From a virus, in IMG/VR virus record IMGVR_UViG_3300031452_000163: a stretch of 64,000 bases of DNA. One strand, written 5' to 3'. Below, piece after piece: positions 8,657-16,370 of this stretch (positions are counted from its first letter, which is position 1; each line of letters begins with the position of its first letter). Made by a program: the position numbers and the translations under genes. A model generated the notes under the pieces. That model was given only the letters and a program-made list of their open reading frames with translations, searched no databases and had not been told where the DNA came from.

Positions 8657-9469
8657 GTGACTAGCGTACCAGGAACACGGAGGACGTTCGAGAGACTGCG
8701 TCCACGTGTCGGATTCAAGTTTTGCCGTGACTGCGGAGCCGAAAAGCCGTTAACCGACTTTTACAATGCCACGGGGAACAAAGATGGCAAGCAAACGTCT
8801 TGCCGAGAATGTCAGGACGTCACGAACTACCAGGCTAGAGGTGCATCGGGCAGTTCGCAATTACCGCCTCAAGCACGGGATCGCCTGCTAAGTCGGTGCT
8901 CGCGGCATGGGGATTGTCTGTTATGGACCGGCCCTGTTAGCGTACGAGGTCATGGGAAACTTGAGATCTTAGGCGCTGCTTGGATGGTGCATCGCATGGC
9001 CTATGCACTGGAAGTGGGGTCCATTCCGCCTCGCATGATTGTGTATCAGGTATGCGGGAACAAATTATGCGTAGAGCCATCACACTTGAAGGCCAAACGG
9101 TCAAGAAGCCTGGTTGGTGATGGCACCAAGTTTTGTTCACGATGTGGTGAGGTGTTACCGCTGTCCGAGTTTTATGGACAGAGAGGAGCAAATGGGAGGC
9201 TTCAGGCATACTGCAAAGACTGCCATCGATTTGATGCATATGGCATTACTCAGCGGGAGTACGACGACCTGCTGAAAATACAGGCCGGACTGTGTGCCAT
9301 TTGCGATATGCCATCGAATGGCCGCAGTCTATCTATTGACCACTGTCACTCAAGCGGCGCGGTACGTAGACTATTGTGTTCAAGTTGCAACGTCGCATTG
9401 GGGATGTTGCGAGACGATATCCGTCTATTTCATCGAGCTATCGAGTATTTGTCAAAGGCTAGCGTCTAG
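8657..9469 (+). CDS. free-standing endonuclease: Zn fingers + degenerate HNH + endonuclease VII domain
   Basis: AAGGAGG SD; two C2..FY..C2 fingers; HRMAY..CGNKLCVEPSHL; QAGLCAIC..IDHCH..LLCSSCNVALG. Confidence 0.85.
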   Translation: MTSVPGTRRTFERLRPRVGFKFCRDCGAEKPLTDFYNATGNKDGKQTSCRECQDVTNYQARGASGSSQLPPQARDRLLSRCSRHGDCLLWTGPVSVRGHGKLEILGAAWMVHRMAYALEVGSIPPRMIVYQVCGNKLCVEPSHLKAKRSRSLVGDGTKFCSRCGEVLPLSEFYGQRGANGRLQAYCKDCHRFDAYGITQREYDDLLKIQAGLCAICDMPSNGRSLSIDHCHSSGAVRRLLCSSCNVALGMLRDDIRLFHRAIEYLSKASV

Positions 9470-11276
9470 AAGCCTTGCATCTGTGGGAAGCGGGCCAGCA
9501 GCGTAGGACGCCTCGCCCAAATCGAGTTTGCATATAACCGTGGCTACGTCCATAGAAGTGTCCCCGGTTAAGATCGCGTCCTAGCCATCGGTAATGATTT
9601 AGCCACTCCGATGCCGCCCATGAAAGTCCGCCGTGATACCTATAAGGGAGAGAGCCCCATGCCTTCACAGGGAACGGTTTGGGGGCAGGTTTCGGTGTTG
9701 GTCCGGGCGTTCCTGCGTAGTACGCCTGGGTGTACCTCCACCATGGCAGGAAATTTCCGTAAAAATTGGTATACGCGACTGAACCGTAGGGAAGGTTGAC
9801 GTAGAAGGAGTCGGAATACGCGTAACCGGCATTGTAGAGAGAATACGCGAAGGGGAATTGAACCCGGCCACCGTGATAAGCGATGGCATCGCGGTAGTAT
9901 CGTGCTGCGAGCTCCACGGAGATGGTTGGATTGTCGAGTGCATCACGGATCCCTGAGCAGATGCCATATCCACACGCGGTGCCATTCGTAAATTGGAACG
10001 TTCCCCAACTGGTGTCACCGGGGATGCAGCAGCGGTCGGCGTATTGATTCATACCCGATTCGGTACCCGCCGTGGCAGCGATTCCGAGAGGACTCACGCC
10101 ATAGCGTTTACCCCAGTAATTAATGAGGCTGGAGATGTCGTAGTGCGTGTCGTGGAGAATGACGCCATGTACGGTGTTGCCAACGCCTTCAAGCGCGCCG
10201 GGTGGAATGTTCAGGATAGGCGGGAGATATTTGGGTCCATGGTTTGGCACAAAGGTAGGAGGCTTCGGACCGGCCCGTGGGGCCAGCGGCGCAATCCGCA
10301 TGTACTCCAGTCCAAAGCTGTACTGTCGTACAAAATCGTAGGACAGCCAACCACGACCGGCCAGACCCCATCCGGTGGTCCACTGGTTTTGCACCTCAAC
10401 GCCGCCCACGGCGCCACCGGGGAATCGCTTGGTGTCGTCATAGGCAATGACGACGTTTTCGTGGCCGCCGCGCGACTGTTCGCCGGGTTGAGGTATATCG
10501 ATCAGGCCACTTGTCGCGCTGGCGTTGTCATACTCCGGGTAGACCGGTAGTCCGATGAGTACCGGATGATTGACGGTGATGGCCGCCTTGATACCGTCCA
10601 CCGCACCCTGTCCCGCACCTTGGGCAAAACCTGAGATGTTGGTAAATCCGACATGCATCCGATACACGGCGGCTTCGGCTCGGAGCGTGGGATCAGTCGG
10701 GAACGTTGACGCGACAACGAATGGCGGGTAGGCATACTGCTTGAGCTTGGGAATGCCGAGCGTGTTGACCACTTCGGCATCTTGATCCGGCCATGAGCCA
10801 AAGTCGCCATGTGAGTAGGTTGCTCCGTAATAATCGTACATAAATCTTGGGGAAAATCTTAGCCACGATGTCGGGTGCTGCATGCGATATTCGTAGGTCA
10901 AATCCCAGGCAGTGGCGAAAGCCGCGCAAGCACCAAGTCCATCTTGCGTTGTCACACCGGGATAGCGAGCCAGGTTGATGCTGTTGGCTAGCGGCGCGGT
11001 GACGCGATGATCGGGAATGACGCGAACGGTCGTTGGCACTACGATATTAGCCTGAAAGTGACTGGCGTAGTATTCTGCTCCGGTCTTGCCGGCGAATGCG
11101 CCCAGAGCAAAGACCGCCAAAAAGGCGATAGCCAGCACCAGTGCATGCGGCGTCGCGTAGCCGCCTGCTCTATGCGTCGGGTTGAGGACGTGCTTGAGTG
11201 GGCATGTGTTGCGCCGGAGGATGAGTCCGAGAACAATGAGGGTGGCAATAATGCCGAGAATGGCGAGTGTGTGCAA
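9459..11276 (-). CDS. endolysin: C1A papain-like peptidase + SLT lytic transglycosylase
   Basis: QDGLGAC, GGHENVV, QNQW (Cys-His-Asn triad); GTESG and WGTFQF SLT motifs; two N-terminal hydrophobic segments. Confidence 0.8.
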   Translation of the reverse strand: MHTLAILGIIATLIVLGLILRRNTCPLKHVLNPTHRAGGYATPHALVLAIAFLAVFALGAFAGKTGAEYYASHFQANIVVPTTVRVIPDHRVTAPLANSINLARYPGVTTQDGLGACAAFATAWDLTYEYRMQHPTSWLRFSPRFMYDYYGATYSHGDFGSWPDQDAEVVNTLGIPKLKQYAYPPFVVASTFPTDPTLRAEAAVYRMHVGFTNISGFAQGAGQGAVDGIKAAITVNHPVLIGLPVYPEYDNASATSGLIDIPQPGEQSRGGHENVVIAYDDTKRFPGGAVGGVEVQNQWTTGWGLAGRGWLSYDFVRQYSFGLEYMRIAPLAPRAGPKPPTFVPNHGPKYLPPILNIPPGALEGVGNTVHGVILHDTHYDISSLINYWGKRYGVSPLGIAATAGTESGMNQYADRCCIPGDTSWGTFQFTNGTACGYGICSGIRDALDNPTISVELAARYYRDAIAYHGGRVQFPFAYSLYNAGYAYSDSFYVNLPYGSVAYTNFYGNFLPWWRYTQAYYAGTPGPTPKPAPKPFPVKAWGSLPYRYHGGLSWAASEWLNHYRWLGRDLNRGHFYGRSHGYMQTRFGRGVLRCWPASHRCKASRR

Positions 11277-11286
11277 GGAGTGCTCC

Positions 11287-11298
11287 TATAATGTGGGT
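11287..11298 (+). promoter_or_regulatory. -10 box of a probable leaderless transcript
   Basis: TATAAT 6 nt upstream of ATG 11299, no SD. Confidence 0.55.
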
Positions 11299-11676
11299 AT
11301 GGAAGATGTGGATTTGATGGACGAATTCATCACTGCTTGTGATGCTGCTGCCCCGCTGTATCAGCAGAGCGCCATGCTCGTGCTGAACACTGCAGTGTTC
11401 TCAGTGGTTCCTGAACGAATTTCTGGCGTGGTTCAACTCGTTCCGACGCGGGAACCATCGCCGCTCGGATGGATTCCTACTGGCGCAACAGTGCTTGTGG
11501 TGTCATGGTTTTTAGCCGCTCGTCTCGAACATTTTGGCCAGACCGAATGGGCCTATCTGGTCCGAGACCCAGTAGGTGGGCGGTATGGAGCGGCATGGCA
11601 GGATGGATTGCGGGAACTGAAGCAACAACCGATTGATACGGCATCAGCGATGTGGGCGGCGTTTCATGGCAACTGA
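11299..11676 (+). CDS. hypothetical protein, possible divergent SH3-like paralogue
   Basis: GATVLVV..WAYLV..LRELKQQPIDTASAMWA resembles the C-terminus of paralogues A and B. Confidence 0.55.
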   Translation: MEDVDLMDEFITACDAAAPLYQQSAMLVLNTAVFSVVPERISGVVQLVPTREPSPLGWIPTGATVLVVSWFLAARLEHFGQTEWAYLVRDPVGGRYGAAWQDGLRELKQQPIDTASAMWAAFHGN

Positions 11677-11977
11677 GGCGAAGTTTCGGGTTGGGGATGT
11701 GGTGCGGGTTAGAGGTCCACGGCGTCTAGTCCCAGCGCCTGTCGGAAAGGACTATGAGCCGCGTTGGCGGCCCAATCCTATCCCGGCGGGAGTATACGGC
11801 GTCATCAAGCGAATTCATCTTCTAAGAGATGTGTGGGGAAACCCGAAATTTTGGACCTATTCCGTAGCTATTCCCCCAATGAGATATTATCCGTGGTTTG
11901 TTTCATCTGAACTGGAATTCATCGAGCACCAACCATCGTCAGAAGAGATCGCGGCGATGTATGCGGAGGCAACCTGA
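11666..11977 (+). CDS. small SH3/KOW-like protein, paralogue B
   Basis: FRVGDVVRV..VAIPPMR..LEFIEHQPSSEEIAAMYA. Confidence 0.7.
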   Translation: MATEAKFRVGDVVRVRGPRRLVPAPVGKDYEPRWRPNPIPAGVYGVIKRIHLLRDVWGNPKFWTYSVAIPPMRYYPWFVSSELEFIEHQPSSEEIAAMYAEAT

Positions 11978-12216
11978 TGAACACACGACAGAGCGCTTCG
12001 GCCCGTCGAGTGAGAATGGTTGCGAGGCTTCACCGATTCCTGTGTTGCATTGGCTTCCATGCTTGGGAGGTTCAGATGCTGATATTTACTGGTAGAGCGC
12101 GATGTAGGCGATGCGCGGCAACCGGCATCTACACCTGGGATGGAATTATTGGCGTACAGCGTGCCCCGGAATCGCCCTACTCAGACTCGATAGAACGCCG
12201 CGATATCCGCCGGTGA
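11977..12216 (+). CDS. small Zn-finger-like protein
   Basis: LCCIGFHAW..RCRRC; TGATG coupling. Confidence 0.45.
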   Translation: MNTRQSASARRVRMVARLHRFLCCIGFHAWEVQMLIFTGRARCRRCAATGIYTWDGIIGVQRAPESPYSDSIERRDIRR

Positions 12217-12657
12217 CATCCCGCTGGCATCGTCCGGCCAGATAACACCGAGCCGTTCCAATGCGGCGGCACAAAGACCGCTGCAGATTACCTCGTCACG
12301 CACGCCAAACGTGAAATGGCAATTCATCAATAGCGATAGTCCTATACTCGCAATTGTCCACCAGCCGTATGTATCGTGTTTGGTCAGGCAGGATTCGGCA
12401 AACGCGACGGCGTGGCGACGATCCTCGTCGGAGCCGAGTGTCGGGAGGATGATGTAATCGGCTCGCCCGGTGAGTGTATGACGATGGACGCCACGGCTGG
12501 TGGCCTCAATGGTGTCGCCCTGTGGGGTTACCACCAATCCACAGTGAGTGAAGCGAAAATAGCCGGATCGCCTACCGTAGCGGAGTGATTGCCCCAGACG
12601 TATCCACCAGTCGGAGAACGCATGGCCACGGAAGAGCACGATATCACAACGGGTCAT
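12181..12657 (-). CDS. permuted NlpC/P60 (YiiX/C92-like) hydrolase
   Basis: CDIVLF..THCGLVV..IEA..GV..AVAFA..Y..ICSGLCA..SPADI (His before Cys). Confidence 0.85.
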   Translation of the reverse strand: MTRCDIVLFRGHAFSDWWIRLGQSLRYGRRSGYFRFTHCGLVVTPQGDTIEATSRGVHRHTLTGRADYIILPTLGSDEDRRHAVAFAESCLTKHDTYGWWTIASIGLSLLMNCHFTFGVRDEVICSGLCAAALERLGVIWPDDASGMSPADIAAFYRV

Positions 12658-13232
12658 GAGGCGGCCTGTTCGTGCTGGTCAATCCAGTCCCAGTCCTGGT
12701 CAATGTCGGTTTTGCACGCCTGACAGAGGTCGATTCCCGGCATGATATGCACGACGTTGCTCTGTTCTTCGGCCGACATGGAGATGTTGTAGCTACCATC
12801 CCAGACCACGGGGTATCCGTCCTGTGCCGCGTCGGTCCAGTGGTTGTACTGCTTGGGAATGGGTACCTGATCCGGTGTGAGCGGTACGTTAATCATGATC
12901 AACTTGAGGTGCAAAATCTGGCCGGCCACACTGGAGGTTCCGACGCGGTAGCACTCGGCAAATGGCACCTGTGCCTTGAATCGGGTCAGTTGCACCGCTT
13001 CGACTCGCCCCGCTGATTGGGTTTTGTCGAATACGCCTTTGAGGATGCATCCTTTGGTATGTGCGGCGATGAGCGCATCAAAAAACGCCGGGTCGGTGGC
13101 GCCATACTCGCTGGTATACACCCCTTTACCCGATTGAGCGGCGGCGAGCATCTGGCACATAGTCGGACGAATCAATGCCGCGTCTTGTGGGCTAATCATG
13201 GTGTAGCAGACGGTTACGGTTTCAAGCGGCAT
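12654..13232 (-). CDS. phospholipase D-superfamily (single HKD) protein
   Basis: LHLKLIMIN (HxK, D replaced by N) and WDGSYNIS..Q.N motifs. Confidence 0.75.
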   Translation of the reverse strand: MPLETVTVCYTMISPQDAALIRPTMCQMLAAAQSGKGVYTSEYGATDPAFFDALIAAHTKGCILKGVFDKTQSAGRVEAVQLTRFKAQVPFAECYRVGTSSVAGQILHLKLIMINVPLTPDQVPIPKQYNHWTDAAQDGYPVVWDGSYNISMSAEEQSNVVHIMPGIDLCQACKTDIDQDWDWIDQHEQAAS

Positions 13233-13293
13233 CGATACGCCTTTCATGGTATTGTGGGGCGTTGATAGCGACTACTCCGAGGAGGTATAGGTT

Positions 13294-13542
13294 ATGGCAA
13301 CGAATGCACCAACCGGCGGGAAAGATCCGTTTGACGCGGCATTTGATGGCGCGCAGAATATGCTGACGCAACTTGATCAGACAACGAAGACGTTGGAAGG
13401 ATTAGCGGTGACTGATCTTGATGCCGCGCAACAAGCTGGCGTCGGAACTATTCGCGCCGGGCTCAACGCCGCCCGTGCCGCGATTGATGGCACGATGAAG
13501 GGCGCGGTAGCCGTCACCAAGGCGGCGAAGAACAAACTCTAG
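13294..13542 (+). CDS. hypothetical helical protein (moron)
   Basis: GAGGAGG SD; has its own terminator. Confidence 0.65.
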   Translation: MATNAPTGGKDPFDAAFDGAQNMLTQLDQTTKTLEGLAVTDLDAAQQAGVGTIRAGLNAARAAIDGTMKGAVAVTKAAKNKL

Positions 13543-13589
13543 CGGGTCTCTGGCGCGGCGTTTTGACATGGCCCGCGCTCAAACGCATG

Positions 13590-13626
13590 GAGGGGCTAGT
13601 CGTCCAGGGGCTGGCCCCTCTTTTTT
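13590..13626 (+). terminator. intrinsic terminator
   Basis: GAGGGGCTAG..CTGGCCCCTC followed by T6. Confidence 0.75.
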
Positions 13627-13631
13627 GCGTG

Positions 13632-14624
13632 TTAGTGGAAGTGCGTAATAAACGTCACGATAGCGGCGATGAGGGCGAAGCTGAACGCGCTGATGAGTGC
13701 GGTTTCCCAGGTGGTCAGGCGTCTGCCCCGCACTGAGTTGCGGCTTAGCACTGTACGGACATCGGCTACTTCTAGACCGGTTAATGGTTCACCGACATCC
13801 GCTTTGATGGCGAGCCGGAGTAAACGTCGTATATCGTCAATCTCCGGTTGAAGCAACGCGCCAGGCCGGTCTTTGACCATCTGGAACTTATTGCGGAGAT
13901 CGTGTTCGTTGGTGCGGAGTGATTGCGTTTCGGTCTTCAGTTCGGCAATCTGAGTCAGGAACTTCCCCTGCTCTTCTGGAGATAGAGCCACGGGTCGCAT
14001 TTCCAGTGCTTCGATACGGAGCCGGATGGTGGTTTGATCGACCGGATTGGTGGCCAGTGAGGAGATTTCACGGGTATTTTCGGCTTGACGGGTCTCGATG
14101 ATTAGGACTTGATCCCGGATGGCGGTTACCTGATCTTTTGCCGCAAAAGTAGCAGTGAGGGTGCCTATCTCAACTTTATGACCGTTGAGGATGTCCAGCC
14201 GAGTCATCATAGAGTCTTTGAATTCTTGTTGTGCCATGGCCGCATTTGTCGCGGCCATGTTGACCGCTTTATCTTTTTCCGCTAGTATCTCTTTGAGGGA
14301 TTCCTGCGCCAGACGGGTTGATTTCTCCTGCGCTTCGATATGGTCCATCAGCCCCCTATCAGTTGATGCGGTCTGAATGGCGAGGGCAGAGGCTGCCGCT
14401 TCCACACTGGTGCGCAGCGTTTCGGCTTTTTCGCGAACAGTGGTCTCCTGTGAGACAAAACGTTGCTCGTAGCGTATCTCTCGTTCGGTAGAGAGTCGGT
14501 GTAGGTCCTCAATCTGGGCGGCGAAGTAGTCGCGAATCCAGGCAGCTTCGAGTGATGCAATCTCATTCGCCGCACTCTCGTTTTTTGGCAGTCGTGGTGT
14601 GGCATCAGGCGTAATCTCGGGCAT
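13632..14624 (-). CDS. coiled-coil protein with C-terminal TM (lysis module)
   Basis: Long heptad region; C-terminal ALISAFSFALIAAIVTFI anchor; GGAGG SD. Confidence 0.7.
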   Translation of the reverse strand: MPEITPDATPRLPKNESAANEIASLEAAWIRDYFAAQIEDLHRLSTEREIRYEQRFVSQETTVREKAETLRTSVEAAASALAIQTASTDRGLMDHIEAQEKSTRLAQESLKEILAEKDKAVNMAATNAAMAQQEFKDSMMTRLDILNGHKVEIGTLTATFAAKDQVTAIRDQVLIIETRQAENTREISSLATNPVDQTTIRLRIEALEMRPVALSPEEQGKFLTQIAELKTETQSLRTNEHDLRNKFQMVKDRPGALLQPEIDDIRRLLRLAIKADVGEPLTGLEVADVRTVLSRNSVRGRRLTTWETALISAFSFALIAAIVTFITHFH

Positions 14625-14717
14625 ACGGGTCGCCTCCACTGGCGGGTACAATGGGCGGTGAGGTGGGGGAATGGCACGGCGTCAACGAGCAAGCCAGCTA
14701 CTTGACGAAACGTCGCA

Positions 14718-15056
14718 TTAGTAGTTCACCTTATTCACGACTACACGCTGGCCCGGCGACGATTCCATTACAAGGATTTCGTGTCCCACTTGAGGCCCAC
14801 CGGGATCGTTGATTTTGCTACTGGTGTAGTTGAGGTAGACGGCGACCTCGTAGACGCTGCCTTCCGGGGTACGGACCATGACGGTGCCCGGTGTGCTGCC
14901 CTGCCCCATGACATGGGCACGATGATGGATTTGCAGGGATTGGCCCAGGACATCCCGCACATGATTGGTGACGCCTAGCAGGATGTCCCCCATTACGTGT
15001 GTTCCCCGGTGTGGTGGACCGATTTGGTGGAGATGAGTCAACCATGTTGGCAGCAT
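14718..15056 (-). CDS. small tail-tip-associated protein
   Basis: GGAGGG SD; directly follows the tail-tip genes. Confidence 0.55.
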   Translation of the reverse strand: MLPTWLTHLHQIGPPHRGTHVMGDILLGVTNHVRDVLGQSLQIHHRAHVMGQGSTPGTVMVRTPEGSVYEVAVYLNYTSSKINDPGGPQVGHEILVMESSPGQRVVVNKVNY

Positions 15057-15067
15057 TGAGCCCTCCT

Positions 15068-16360
15068 CTATAGCGCGGTGATACGTGAGGCGGTGACCGA
15101 CATGGCCAGCGTTTGCAGGTCCATGCTCCAGGCCGTGATGAGATAGGGTGTTGCCGCGCTGCTCTGAATCTTGGGAACGCCGCGTGAGGTTTTATTGATG
15201 GTTACGGCGTCATAGGACTGGAAAAATGGGTTGAGCGGGACTGGGAACTGCACCACGTCGCTCACCGAGTCGGCATCTTGTAGCAGAATGGTACACCGTC
15301 GATTGGCTAAATCCTGCGTGGGAATGGTGTCGTCGCGGAGTGAGGTTCGGACCGTTGCGCCCCAGTTCTGGAGATTGATGGCGCTCCCGGTCGAGGTGTT
15401 GGCCTGCTCGGCAAACAGGGCTGGGCCGTTGCTGGGCTGTGAGGATACCTGGGCCACGTTGGCCATTTGGGCCTGGGGAGTGAACTGCTGGACCAGTGGC
15501 CCCGCGATATTGCCGGCTGGACCATCGGCATAGGCCCAGCCAATGGGTGGCGGTCCAAAACTGTATTCCGGGCGGAGTGAGGAATGGAGCATACCCCATT
15601 CGTCAGTCCAGGGATGATAGTAGGTGATTGCGTCGGCCACGCTATTCACCGCCGCCTGAAAGTTGCTGTCGCGGCTATACGTCTGAGGGGTGATGGAGGT
15701 GTGCTGGTCGGGCTGGAACTGCATGCGAGAACGTGGCCAGTTGGGCCCCTCCGAGTCCAGCCCGCCGGGGGTTTTGCCCGGATCGTTGCTGTCTGGCCAC
15801 ACGTAGGGATTGCTGGTAGGCTGCCTGGCCCCCAATGCGCCGCGACTGGCCGCCAGCGCATCCATGGCGCACAGGACGGTCATTAGCTGCACGTAGTTGG
15901 TGTTCATGGGCACGGTGTAGTCATACCCAAACGTGAGCCGGGCCAGGTCCTGCGTCAGATCGAGGCCGTTGATGGCCCAAACAGTCTGGGCGCTACTGAT
16001 TGTGCGGGCGGGGAAGGACGGGCGAAATAGCCCAACTGGCACCTCGAAGCGTGTGTTCCAGTTGACATCACAGAACTGCACCCAGACCTGGAGCAGGTGA
16101 CGGAGCACGTTGACCCCGATTGGTTCTAATAGCGTTGATGAGAGCGAGCGATGGACGGCTTGGGTGGTGTCGCAGGTGATGCTACAGGCTTGCATTAGTG
16201 GCGGAGTTAGCCCCGGAACCGGGAGTCGCGATTTGTCGCTTAACCATTGGTACCTTGTCCTGATTCGCGCTCCGCCGTTAACTCGGTTGATGATGTCGAT
16301 GATCTGAGCTGGCGAGAGGCTGGCCGGATTCTGTGCCGCAGGGAGGTAGAGGGATTGCAT
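15068..16360 (-). CDS. minor tail / hub (Tal-like) protein
   Basis: Position after Dit-like gene; VPVGLFRPSFP..GLDLTQDL..ANVAQV pattern. Confidence 0.7.
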   Translation of the reverse strand: MQSLYLPAAQNPASLSPAQIIDIINRVNGGARIRTRYQWLSDKSRLPVPGLTPPLMQACSITCDTTQAVHRSLSSTLLEPIGVNVLRHLLQVWVQFCDVNWNTRFEVPVGLFRPSFPARTISSAQTVWAINGLDLTQDLARLTFGYDYTVPMNTNYVQLMTVLCAMDALAASRGALGARQPTSNPYVWPDSNDPGKTPGGLDSEGPNWPRSRMQFQPDQHTSITPQTYSRDSNFQAAVNSVADAITYYHPWTDEWGMLHSSLRPEYSFGPPPIGWAYADGPAGNIAGPLVQQFTPQAQMANVAQVSSQPSNGPALFAEQANTSTGSAINLQNWGATVRTSLRDDTIPTQDLANRRCTILLQDADSVSDVVQFPVPLNPFFQSYDAVTINKTSRGVPKIQSSAATPYLITAWSMDLQTLAMSVTASRITAL

Positions 16361-16370
16361 TGCGTCTCTC

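Noticed and set aside
1580-14624. Spanins or a classical amidase endolysin
   Set aside because: No lipobox-containing nested or overlapping gene pair and no amidase motifs found
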